Shown: piece by piece, positions 36,317-46,205 of the stretch
Layout: every line of letters begins with the position of its first letter
Numbering within the stretch: position 1 is the first letter of the stretch
Assembly (NCBI GenBank): GCA_044868045.1
Contig: JBIOWA010000215.1
Location: 1-55,360, forward strand
Source of the DNA: Candidatus Limnocylindrales bacterium
GTDB taxonomy: Bacteria; Chloroflexota; Limnocylindria; Limnocylindrales; CSP1-4
Length of the DNA: 55,360 nucleotides
Direction of reading: 5' to 3'
Translations under genes and position numbers: made by a program
Notes under the pieces: generated by a model
What the model was told of the DNA's origin: nothing
Database searches by the model: none
Seen by the model: the letters and a program-made list of their open reading frames with translations, nothing else

Positions 36317-36511
36317 CGCGAACATGAGTGACGAAGCCGCGATCAGCGTGCATGCCTGGTCGCCGATTCCGCAGATCCAGTCCACCCCGCACGTCTGTGA
36401 CGAACCCGTCACCGGGGGTGGCGCTCACGACCTCGCAGACCATTCCCTACTACTCCAATCGGATATGTCGTACTATCGCCCGGCCGACCGGCGCCCCCGA
36501 GACAAGGAGCC

Positions 36512-37042
36512 ATGATGCCGACCGCGATCCCAACCGGCGCCACCGAGAAGCTGCCACCGGCGGCCATGATCGATCCGCGAGGGCATCGGTTCGGAGCGGG
36601 CGTTTCCTCGTTGTTGCTGATCTTCGCTGCGGTGACCAACGCTCCGTGGCTCGTCGCCGTCGCGCTCGCCTCGATCGGCGTGAGCGCTGCGTTCGGGCTG
36701 CGTTACTCGATCTACGGCGCGGTCTGGCGCCGGATCGTGCGGGTAGCTCGGCTCGGACCCGCCGAGCCAGAGCACGAATATCCCCCGCGGTTCGCGCAGG
36801 TCCTCGGGAGCACGGCCCTCATCCTGTCGCTCGTCGCGTTCGCGCTGAACCAGCCCGTTGCCGGCTGGTTTCTGGCGTTGGCGGTCGCCGGACTCCAGGG
36901 CGTCCTCGGCCTGACCGGCTACTGCCTCGGCTGCCGCCTGTACTTCCTGCGCTGGTGGGTACCTGACGTCGTAACCCGCGTGTGGACCCGCGGCCGCAGC
37001 GAGATCGCCGGCGTCGCCCCGGGGCCGATCAGCTACCGCTGA
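36512..37042 (+). CDS. DUF4395-like membrane protein
   Basis: IDPRGHRFGAG...four TM helices...LTGYCLGCRLYF. AAGGAG upstream. Confidence 0.75.
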   Translation: MMPTAIPTGATEKLPPAAMIDPRGHRFGAGVSSLLLIFAAVTNAPWLVAVALASIGVSAAFGLRYSIYGAVWRRIVRVARLGPAEPEHEYPPRFAQVLGSTALILSLVAFALNQPVAGWFLALAVAGLQGVLGLTGYCLGCRLYFLRWWVPDVVTRVWTRGRSEIAGVAPGPISYR

Positions 37043-37338
37043 GGACGCTACGCGGGACACGCCGCTACCGGAGTGTCAGCCCCAGTAACCATTTCCTGAT
37101 GAACGAGCACGACCAAGTGCTCAAATCGACAGTTTTCGTCGATTTCGTCAATTGATCGTGCACGGCTGTGCGAAATGTGTCTACGGCTGACACGTGGGCG
37201 GCGGCTTCGCGCAGACCGGTGGGCGGGTGGCGGTGGAGCGGTTCTGCTGCGCGCAGCGCCGCTAGCGTAAGCGTAGGCGGCGAGCACAACTGGTTCCTCC
37301 GCCGAGAGGACCCGATTCACGCTGGTCAGTCACGCAGG

Positions 37339-37377
37339 CTTGCATGACTATGCACTACTGCTGTATAGTCATGCGCC
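37339..37377 (+). promoter_or_regulatory. Twin ARG boxes (ArgR operator) overlapping a sigma70-like promoter
   Basis: Box 1 is CTTGCATGACTATGCACT (37339-56). Box 2 is GCTGTATAGTCATGCGCC (37360-77), 3 bp away. Both fit the actinobacterial ARG box as I recall it (AWTGCATRWWYATGCAWT). TTGCAT-N18-TATAGT lies inside the boxes. Confidence 0.6.
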
Positions 37378-37440
37378 CATGACGACGGTCCATCCGATCC
37401 CGGCGAGCCATCCGAGCCAGCCGCCCGTGAGCGGCCCCGC

Positions 37441-38604
37441 GTGCCCGTGAGCACGGGTCTCGAGTCGCCCGCCGCGATCGCGACGGACCGCTCGTCGGGG
37501 ATCCTCCCTCGCTCGGAGCGCGGGGTCCAGCCGGACGGCGGACCACGCCGGCTCCGCGTCGGCATCATCGGCGCGACCGGCTACGTCGGGGCCGAGCTGA
37601 TCCGCCTGCTGGCACGCCACCCGAACGTCGACCTCGTTGGCCTCGCTGGTCGCGACCGCCACGACGATCCGATCGCCGGCCACCATTCGCACCTCGCCCG
37701 GACGGAGCTCCTCGTCGGCACGGAGCTCCCCGAGGTCGACGCCGCATTCCTCGCCCTCCCCCACGGCGCCGCCGCCGGCCTCGTCCCGGACCTCATCGCC
37801 AGCGGTACCTCGGTCATCGATCTCGGGCCCGACTTCCGGCTCCGAGATCCCGCCGACTACCCGCGCTGGTACGGCTTCGAACATCCGCGACCCGACCTCC
37901 TCGAAGTCGCGGTCTACGGCCTGCCCGAGCTGCACCGCCAGGAGCTGATCGCGCTCGTCGATGCGCCGGTCGCCATCGTCGGCTCACCTGGCTGCTACCC
38001 GACGGCGACCCTCCTGGCCCTCGCGCCACTTGCCCGGGCCGGGCTGATCGGCGACCTCGTGGTCGATGCCAAGAGCGGCGTCTCGGGCGCCGGCCGCGAC
38101 CCAAAGCCCGAGATGATGTTCGGCGAGGTCAACGAGAGCGTGAAGGCCTACGGCCTCGGCGGGCATCGCCATGTCGCCGAGATCGAGCAGGAGCTGGCCG
38201 TGGTCGCCGCAGGCGAAGGCCTCGATCCGAGCGCGAACCCCGGTGCCGTCGCCGTCGACTTCCTGCCGCACCTCATCCCGATGACGCGCGGCATCCTTTC
38301 GACCGGCCACGTCCGGCCGACGAGACCGATCAGCCAAGCCGAGCTCGATGAGCTGTACGCGGCAGCCTACGGCGGGGAGCCGTTCGTGCGCGTCGTCGCA
38401 ACGCCGCCGGCCACAAAACACACGACCGGCAGCAACCACGTGCTCGTGCACGTCCGGCTGGACGAGCGGATCGGCTGGATCATCGCGATTGGCGTCGAGG
38501 ACAACCTCGTCAAGGGCGCGGCCGGTCAAGCGGTCCAGGCGTTCAACCTCGTCCACGGGCTGCCCGAAACGGCCGGCCTCGACCAGCTGCCACTGGCGCC
38601 GTAG
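37441..38604 (+). CDS. argC: N-acetyl-gamma-glutamyl-phosphate reductase
   Basis: VGIIGATGYVGAELIRLL, catalytic GCYPT. N-terminal extension of about 38 aa. GTG start at 37441 or 37447. Confidence 0.9.
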   Translation: MPVSTGLESPAAIATDRSSGILPRSERGVQPDGGPRRLRVGIIGATGYVGAELIRLLARHPNVDLVGLAGRDRHDDPIAGHHSHLARTELLVGTELPEVDAAFLALPHGAAAGLVPDLIASGTSVIDLGPDFRLRDPADYPRWYGFEHPRPDLLEVAVYGLPELHRQELIALVDAPVAIVGSPGCYPTATLLALAPLARAGLIGDLVVDAKSGVSGAGRDPKPEMMFGEVNESVKAYGLGGHRHVAEIEQELAVVAAGEGLDPSANPGAVAVDFLPHLIPMTRGILSTGHVRPTRPISQAELDELYAAAYGGEPFVRVVATPPATKHTTGSNHVLVHVRLDERIGWIIAIGVEDNLVKGAAGQAVQAFNLVHGLPETAGLDQLPLAP

Positions 38605-39966
38605 ATGGCGATCAGCACGCCCGCAACCGCCCAGCTGCCCGTCGTGGAGCGCCGGGCCGTGATGCCCGGTGGGTTCCAGGCCGGCGCTGTCGCCGCCGGA
38701 ATCAAGGCCTCAGGCCGACCTGACGTCGCGCTGATCCTGGCGACATCCGGACCCGCAGCCGCGGCGGCCGTCTTCACCCCGAACGCGTTCGCGGCAGCGC
38801 CCGTGCGCCTGTCACGGGCCAACCTCGCGGCCACGTCGGACGACCCGCGTGGTGGGTTCGGCTTCGCATCGGCGGTGGTGTCGACCAGCGGCTGTGCGAA
38901 TGCCGCGACCGGTGAGGCCGGCGATCGCGACCAGGCCGAGGTCGGCCGCCTCGCATCGAAAGCGCTCGGTGTCGATGAGCTGCGGGTTCTGCACCTCTCG
39001 ACCGGCATCATCGGCGCCCGGCTGCCGCTCGACCGGGTCGCGGTCGGGATCGACGCCGTCGCGCAAAACCTGTCCGACGACGACGCCGGCTTGGAGGCGG
39101 CCGCCGAGGCCCTGCGCACGACCGACTCGGTGACGAAGGTCGCGACGACGTCGCTCGTGCTGCCATCCGAGGACGGCGTGGCGGCCCCGGTCACCCTGAC
39201 CGGGATCGCCAAGGGCGTCGGGATGATCCATCCGAGCATGGCCACGATGCTGTCGGTCGTGCTGACCGACGCGCCGATCGCGCCGGAGGTCCTGTGGGCC
39301 CTTCTCCGCCCCGCCGCCGCTCGGACGTGGAACCAGCTCTCGGTCGACGGCGACACCAGCACGAACGACACGGTCTTCGTCCTGGCGTCCGGCGTTGCGG
39401 GCGCGACGCCGGTCGCCGCCGGGAGCGGTGGCGCGATCGCGCTGGGAGCGGCGATCGAGGCCGTCGCCCGCGACCTGGCACGTCAACAGGCAGCCGATGG
39501 CGAAGGTGCCACGATCCTGATCACGACCGTCGTGACCGGCGCGGTCGACGACGTCGATGCCCGGGCCGTCGCTCGCGCCGTCGTGTCGAGCAGCCTGGTG
39601 AAGGCGGCCGCCCACGGCAAGGACCCGAACTGGGGCCGCATCGCCGGTGCTGCCGGCAACGCCGTGACGGCTTATGCGGCCGTGCTCGAGGCAGCCGGGC
39701 TTGCGCCGGAGGTCGCCGCCGCCCGCGCTGGACGGCCGGCGGCCATCGATCCCGACCTCTTGACGATCTCGATCGCCGGCCACCGCGTGTTCGACGGCCG
39801 GAATGGCGGCCCGCTCGAATTCGATCGCGCGGCAGCGCGCGCCGGGATGGACGCGCCTGAGCTCGTGATCGAGCTCGATCTGGGCCTCGGCGATGGAACC
39901 GGCGAGGCCTTCGGCTGCGACCTGACCGAGCAGTACGTCATCGAGAACAGCGAGTACACGACGTGA
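38605..39966 (+). CDS. argJ: Bifunctional ornithine acetyltransferase / N-acetylglutamate synthase
   Basis: Autoprocessing site GMIHPSMATMLSVV. The ATG immediately follows the argC stop. Confidence 0.95.
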   Translation: MAISTPATAQLPVVERRAVMPGGFQAGAVAAGIKASGRPDVALILATSGPAAAAAVFTPNAFAAAPVRLSRANLAATSDDPRGGFGFASAVVSTSGCANAATGEAGDRDQAEVGRLASKALGVDELRVLHLSTGIIGARLPLDRVAVGIDAVAQNLSDDDAGLEAAAEALRTTDSVTKVATTSLVLPSEDGVAAPVTLTGIAKGVGMIHPSMATMLSVVLTDAPIAPEVLWALLRPAAARTWNQLSVDGDTSTNDTVFVLASGVAGATPVAAGSGGAIALGAAIEAVARDLARQQAADGEGATILITTVVTGAVDDVDARAVARAVVSSSLVKAAAHGKDPNWGRIAGAAGNAVTAYAAVLEAAGLAPEVAAARAGRPAAIDPDLLTISIAGHRVFDGRNGGPLEFDRAAARAGMDAPELVIELDLGLGDGTGEAFGCDLTEQYVIENSEYTT

Positions 39967-39976
39967 GCGGCCCGCC

Positions 39977-40765
39977 GTGAGCGAGATCCTGGTCGTCAAG
40001 CTGGGCGGCACGACCATTGCCGAGCAATCGCAGGTGCTGGAGGACGTGGCCGCGGTCGCGCGTCGCCGTCCCGTGGTCCTCGTCCATGGCGGCGGCAAGC
40101 GGATCACGGAGTGGCTGGAGCGACTCGGCGTGCCATCGAAGTTCGAGGGCGGCCTCCGGGTGACGGATCAGCAATCACTCGAAGTCGCCGCCGCGGTGTT
40201 GCGCGGCGTCGTCAACAGCGAGCTCGTCGCCGGCCTGCGCGACCTCGGGGTCGATGCCGTCGGGCTGTCCGGAGTCGACGGTGGCCTGCTCATCGCCGAG
40301 CGGATCCCGCACCTGGGCCTGGTCGCGAGCGTCGCCGGGCTTCGCCGCGACCTGCTCGACGCGATCCTCGTCGCCGGGCAGGTGCCGGTCGTCGCGCCCC
40401 TCGCCCGCGACGCCGACGGCATCGTTTGCAACGTCAACGCCGACGACGCGGCGGCGGGCATCGCAGTCGGGCTTGGCGCCCGCCAGCTGGTGCTGATGAC
40501 CGACGTCGACGGCGTCCGCGACGCCGAAGGACGAAAACTCGAGACGTTGACCGTCGCCGAGGCCGAGCACCTGATCGAGGCCGGCGTCATCGCCGGGGGC
40601 ATGGTCCCCAAGATCAGGGCCGCCCTGTCGGCGCTGGGCTGGGAAGGCGCGGAGGCGATCATCGCCGACGGCGGTGCGGATCGGGCCCTCGAACGAGCCC
40701 TGTCGGATCCATCCTTCGGCACGCGTATCACCGCCGCGCGGGAAGCCAGCGTGGGCGCGGCATGA
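39977..40765 (+). CDS. argB: Acetylglutamate kinase
   Basis: LVVKLGG....VLVHGGG, and NVNADDAA. Confidence 0.9.
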   Translation: MSEILVVKLGGTTIAEQSQVLEDVAAVARRRPVVLVHGGGKRITEWLERLGVPSKFEGGLRVTDQQSLEVAAAVLRGVVNSELVAGLRDLGVDAVGLSGVDGGLLIAERIPHLGLVASVAGLRRDLLDAILVAGQVPVVAPLARDADGIVCNVNADDAAAGIAVGLGARQLVLMTDVDGVRDAEGRKLETLTVAEAEHLIEAGVIAGGMVPKIRAALSALGWEGAEAIIADGGADRALERALSDPSFGTRITAAREASVGAA

Positions 40766-40781
40766 CGGGCCCAGGCGCGCC

Positions 40782-41306
40782 ATGACCCCAGGGCAGGAGC
40801 TCAAGCGTCTGCGGCAGCGGGCGATCCGCCAGCTCATCGCATCGCGGCCAGTTGGCAGCCAGCGCGAGCTGGTCGATGCGCTGCTCGCACAGGGCTTCGA
40901 CGTCACGCAGGCCACGATCAGCCGCGACATCACCGAGCTGGGGCTGCTCAAGGCGTCCCGCGCCGACGGCCACGTCTATGTCTCCCCCGAGGACGTCGCC
41001 CCGCGGACGCCGGTCTCGCCGGTGGCGGCCGCATCGCCCGACGCCGACGAGCGCCTGCGACGCATCCTGGCCGATGTCCCGGTGACGGTCGGGCGGAGCG
41101 GGCTGATCCTGGTCCTGACGGGCACGCCCGGCACGGCGAGCGTCGTCGCCCAGGCCATCGATGAATCCAGCCTGCGGCAGCAGGAAGGCACACTGGCGGG
41201 CGACAATACGCTCCTCGTCCTGTTCGCCGACCCGGCGCGGTTGGAGCGCTGGTTGGAACGGTTCGAGGCGATCCAGGCGTCGATCGCCGCGCCCGTGAGC
41301 GTCTGA
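40782..41306 (+). CDS. argR: Arginine repressor
   Basis: Winged helix SQRELVDALLAQGFDVTQATISRDITELGL and a C-terminal oligomerisation domain GTLAGDNTLLV. Confidence 0.85.
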   Translation: MTPGQELKRLRQRAIRQLIASRPVGSQRELVDALLAQGFDVTQATISRDITELGLLKASRADGHVYVSPEDVAPRTPVSPVAAASPDADERLRRILADVPVTVGRSGLILVLTGTPGTASVVAQAIDESSLRQQEGTLAGDNTLLVLFADPARLERWLERFEAIQASIAAPVSV

Positions 41307-41331
41307 TTCGGAGGTCCGCAACGCAACCCGC

Positions 41332-42615
<1,284 letters not shown>

Positions 42616-42674
42616 GTGGCCCACGTCTCGAGGCTCGGAGCGCGTCGCGTTCCTGACGCAAACGTGGCAGCGTG

Positions 42675-43922
42675 ATGCCCATGACCGACCAGCGAGCGGA
42701 CCCCGACACGAGGGTTCGCCAGCTCGCATTCCTCCACGAGATCGCCCAGCTCGCGACCCAGGCGCGCGACTGGGACGAGCTCATGCGCTCGATCGTGGAC
42801 GGGACCACGGCGGCTATGGATGTCGAGGTCTGCTCGTTCTACCTCGCCGACCGGGAAGGAACGCGCCTCACGCTTGCGGCCACGAACGGCCTGGATCGGA
42901 CCCAGGTCGGGCGGGTCAGCCTGGCCTGGGGCGAGGGGATCACGGGCCGGGTCGCAGCGTCGCGGACGGCGATCGCGGTCGCGGACGTGAACAGGGATGA
43001 TCGGTTTGCCTGGGTCCGCGGCTTCGACATCGAGGGGCTCGCCGGGATGCTGTCGGTGCCGCTCGTCTGGCATGACGACGTCGTCGGCGTGCTCAACGTC
43101 CAGACCCGCGCCGTCCGCGAGTTCTCGGACGACGAGGTCGACCTGCTCCAGACGATCGGTGCGCTCCTGGCGGGGATCGTCGAGAAAGGCCGACTGACGG
43201 CGGAGGTCGAGGCGCGCCTGGCCCAGCTGACCGCCCTCGACGCAGCCCGAGCCGAGCTCCTCAGCGTCGTTACCCACGAGCTGCGCACACCGCTATCGAT
43301 CGTCCGCGTCTACGTCGACCTGCTCGCGGAGGCGGTTGCTGGGATCGCGCCGAAAAGCAAGAAGGCGGAGGCGGAGGGCTGGCGCGACGCAGCCAGCGAC
43401 CAGCTGTCCAGGCTGGACCGCCTCGTCGATTCGATCCTGGCCTCGGTCCGCGGGGAGGGCCTGACGGGGCTCTCGCGCGCGCCGTTCGATGCCGTCGCCG
43501 CGGTCGACGAGGTGGTCGACACGCTCCGGCTCCTGCTCCGCCCCCACCCGATCCGCTGGGACCGCCCGGCCGGAGCGATCGTGGCGATCGGGGACGACGC
43601 GCGGTTCCGACAGGTGATCGAGCAACTGCTCGAGAACGAGTCGAAGTACGCGCCGACCGAGCAGGGCGTGAGCATCGGGATCTGGCAAGCGGGCGACGAG
43701 ATCCAGGTCTACGTCACCGACGACGGCCCGGGCGTTCCCGTGGAGGATTGGGAGAGCGTGTTCGAGCCGTTCGTCCGCGTCGGGGGTCGGGGCCGCTCGC
43801 GCGGATCGGGTATCGGTCTCTTCGCGGCCCGTCGCCTCATGACCGCGATGGGTGGCCGGGTCTTCCTCGAGCCAAACGGCTACGCGGGCTCGCGCTTCGT
43901 CGTCGCGCTGCCCGCGGGTTGA
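42675..43922 (+). CDS. GAF-domain sensor histidine kinase
   Basis: GAF segment (GEGITGRVA...VPLVWHDDVVGVLNV), H-box THELRTPLSIV, DDGPGV, GSGIGLFAARRL. Confidence 0.85.
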   Translation: MPMTDQRADPDTRVRQLAFLHEIAQLATQARDWDELMRSIVDGTTAAMDVEVCSFYLADREGTRLTLAATNGLDRTQVGRVSLAWGEGITGRVAASRTAIAVADVNRDDRFAWVRGFDIEGLAGMLSVPLVWHDDVVGVLNVQTRAVREFSDDEVDLLQTIGALLAGIVEKGRLTAEVEARLAQLTALDAARAELLSVVTHELRTPLSIVRVYVDLLAEAVAGIAPKSKKAEAEGWRDAASDQLSRLDRLVDSILASVRGEGLTGLSRAPFDAVAAVDEVVDTLRLLLRPHPIRWDRPAGAIVAIGDDARFRQVIEQLLENESKYAPTEQGVSIGIWQAGDEIQVYVTDDGPGVPVEDWESVFEPFVRVGGRGRSRGSGIGLFAARRLMTAMGGRVFLEPNGYAGSRFVVALPAG

Positions 43923-43932
43923 TCGCCGGAGG

Positions 43933-43961
43933 TTGACCGCGAGTGATCGACGGCGTATATA
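43933..43961 (+). promoter_or_regulatory. Near-consensus sigma70-type promoter (TTGACC-N17-TATATA)
   Basis: -35 at 43933-38 and -10 at 43956-61. GGAGG at about 43993 and ATG at 44003. Confidence 0.5.
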
Positions 43962-44002
43962 TCGCATCGCGCTATATCGTCGCGTGACTGTCGGAGGCGG
44001 GC

Positions 44003-44821
44003 ATGAGTGACCAGGTGACGCAGGCGGACGACCTCGCGCCCAGCGCGGAACGCCGTGCGGCAGTCGAGGGCATGCTGCGCGACATCGCAACAGGCGGCTT
44101 GGCCGGGCTGATCGCGGGGGTGGTCGTCGGCGGCGTGGGCGGGCGCCTCGTCATGCGGTTGGCGGCGATCCTTGTCCCGGCCTCCGTGGGTCGATTCACC
44201 GAGAACGGAGCGCGCATCGGTGCCGTTACGCTCGAAGGAACATTGCTACTCCTCCTCTTCGGCGGGGCACTGGCCGGGGTCGTCGCCGGCACGATCTGGG
44301 TCGTGGTTCGACCCTGGCTGCCGGCGGCTCGTCGCGATCGCGTGCTCGCGTCGATCCCGTTGGCGCTAGCGTTCGGCACACCCTTGTTGATCGGCCCCGA
44401 CAACCCCGACTTCGTCGTCCTACGACACGATCCGGTCGTAGTGGGCTCACTCGTGGTGCTGGTTGCGCTGATCGGCCCGGCGGTCGTCCTGGCGGACGCG
44501 TGGCTCGATCGGCGGCTGCCCATCCCGGGGCCCGACAGCGGGCTGTCCGTCGTCGCCTACGCCTCGATCGCGGCCATCGGGTCGGCCTTCGCGGTTGCGC
44601 TCACCATCCCGGCACTGGCGGATATCGGAGGCGCGCCGGTGACCCTCGCGCTCATCTGCGTCGGGCTGATCACGTTGCTGGTGTGGGCAAGACGGCTCGG
44701 TGGCGAGGCTCGGCCGACGCGGGCACTCGCCCGGATCGGTCGCGGCGTTCTTGTCGCAGCGGCAGCGATCGGTCTCGCCGTTGCGACGGTGGACATCGGC
44801 GGAGCGCTCGGCCTAACCTGA
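44003..44821 (+). CDS. Polytopic membrane protein, no recognised family
   Basis: 272 aa with at least 6 hydrophobic helices rich in G/A/V/L. Confidence 0.65.
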   Translation: MSDQVTQADDLAPSAERRAAVEGMLRDIATGGLAGLIAGVVVGGVGGRLVMRLAAILVPASVGRFTENGARIGAVTLEGTLLLLLFGGALAGVVAGTIWVVVRPWLPAARRDRVLASIPLALAFGTPLLIGPDNPDFVVLRHDPVVVGSLVVLVALIGPAVVLADAWLDRRLPIPGPDSGLSVVAYASIAAIGSAFAVALTIPALADIGGAPVTLALICVGLITLLVWARRLGGEARPTRALARIGRGVLVAAAAIGLAVATVDIGGALGLT

Positions 44822-44867
44822 TTACCCCCGTACCGCGCCGAACTACGCCATGGGCGCGATCTCCGGG

Positions 44868-45050
44868 CTACGATGCCGGCGCCGACCCCGGTCCGCCGTC
44901 GAGGACGCGCAGGCGCTGGAGGACCTCGATCGCGGCGAGCAGCTGTCGACAGAAGTCGTCGCGCTCGTTCTCGTCGAGCTCCAGCCAGCGCACGGCAAAC
45001 GCCCGTTCCGCCGGTGCCAGCCCCGCCCAGTCGTCGTCGGTCATCGCCAT
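44868..45050 (-). CDS. Hypothetical 60-aa acidic protein
   Basis: GAGGGGA upstream of the ATG. MAMTDDDWAGLAPAERAFAVRWLELDENERDDF... Confidence 0.3.
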   Translation of the reverse strand: MAMTDDDWAGLAPAERAFAVRWLELDENERDDFCRQLLAAIEVLQRLRVLDGGPGSAPAS

Positions 45051-45090
45051 GTTCGATCCCCTCGATCCCTCGTCGCCGGCCCGACCCGGC

Positions 45091-45106
45091 TGTTATGCGG
45101 ATGCAA
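45091..45106 (+). promoter_or_regulatory. Recurrent 16-nt motif, copy 3 (TGTTATGCGGATGCAA)
   Basis: Lies 97 nt upstream of the CsbD/YjbJ-like ORF. Shares upstream CGACCCGG with copy 1. Confidence 0.4.
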
Positions 45107-45203
45107 GGCTACCGCAAGCCGAGGCGTTGGCAAGAGGTGCCGGCTGTCCCCCCGCCCGTGGTCTCATAGACGTGACCCCCAAGGAAAACCCACGAGGAGA
45201 GTC

Positions 45204-45413
45204 ATGCTTGACCCACAGACCCGCCAACAGCTCCAGACCAAGTTCCAGCAGATCAAGCCGCAGCTGAAGGGACAGTTCAGCGGCCTGAGCGATCAGGATC
45301 TCGACGCCGGCCGGAGTGATCCGGACACGCTGATCGACACGATCAGCCGAAAGACCGGCCAGGGCCGGGAGCAGGTTGAGCAGGTCGTGCGGCAGCTCGT
45401 CAAGACGTCCTAG
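45204..45413 (+). CDS. CsbD/YjbJ-like general stress protein
   Basis: ATG after AGGAGA. FQQIKPQLKGQFSGLSDQDLDA....DTLIDTISRKTGQGREQVEQVV follows the YjbJ pattern (KG..K..WG.LTDDDL...G.R..L...IQ..YG....AE..V). Confidence 0.7.
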   Translation: MLDPQTRQQLQTKFQQIKPQLKGQFSGLSDQDLDAGRSDPDTLIDTISRKTGQGREQVEQVVRQLVKTS

Positions 45414-45434
45414 CCGGCACACCCTAGAACCGAC

Positions 45435-45468
45435 GGAAGGGGCCGTTCCGCAAGGACCGGCCCTTTCC
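45435..45468. terminator. Bidirectional hairpin between convergent genes
   Basis: GGAAGGGGCCGTTCC-gcaa-GGACCGGCCCTTTCC; 13 of 15 positions pair. Confidence 0.55.
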
Positions 45469-45591
45469 GTGTGTCCGGTTATCTTCTTGGACGCGATGTC
45501 GTGTGTGCTTTCGGGAACGCCCCCATACCGAATGTCATAGCTCGTTACCTCGCCGTTCTCATTTCCGCAGAAGACCCTGCGCGATGGCGCT

Positions 45592-46157
45592 TCAAGTTCG
45601 CAGGGTTAGCTCGTCTGGATGTAGATGTTGTCGCCGCCACCATGGGTGGTTGAAGTTCACGATCCCGGGCCCGTCGACGGTCACGCCCTCGTTGAACGGC
45701 CCACCGATGCTGGCCGGCACCTTGTCACCGACGACGCAGAAGACGGTAATGACGCCGGGGAGCTCGCCGATCGGGGTGCTGAACGTGGCCCGGAATTTGA
45801 CGGCCCCGCCACACAGGTCCGGCGGGATCGGGTCGCCGAAGACCACGCCGCAGCCGTAGGGTTGGAAGGTGATCAGCTGGATCGCGGTCCATGTCCCGGA
45901 CGCGAAGAAGCTGCCATCTGGCAAGAAGTGCTCGAACTCCCGCGGGCCTCGATCGACTTTGGATTGACGGCGAACGTTCCACAGACGCCCTCTCCGGCCT
46001 CGCACGAGATGTGGATCGTGTCGCCACTAACGGCGACGCCCACATTGGCCTCCAGCCACGAGCAGATATGTGTGGTTGGCGCTATCGGCGAAGATCGATC
46101 CGGGCCATCGCCAGGGCGCCGGAAACCGCCGCCGCCAAGCTCATCCTTCGGAACCAA
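45592..46157 (-). pseudogene. Frameshifted paralog of the 203-aa secreted protein; no signal peptide
   Basis: ORFs 45873..46157 and 45592..46005 overlap in different frames. Joined near 45938-45950, they align block-for-block with the 47874..48485 product. Confidence 0.45.
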
Positions 46158-46205
46158 CGCATCGGCAACTGCCTCCTTCCCGACGGGCCCGGTGTGGGCC
46201 GTCGA

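Noticed and set aside
37048-37320. Minus-strand ORFs (90 and 74 aa) in the A/T-richer spacer before the ARG boxes.
   Set aside because: No SD, no recognisable fold or motifs, and overlapping alternative frames. The region reads better as promoter or regulatory DNA for the arg operon.
37379-37450. A 23-codon upstream ORF overlapping the argC start (GTGA) as an arginine attenuation leader.
   Set aside because: It contains no Arg codons and has no SD. High third-position GC is uninformative here because every frame is GC-rich. The ARG boxes already explain regulation.
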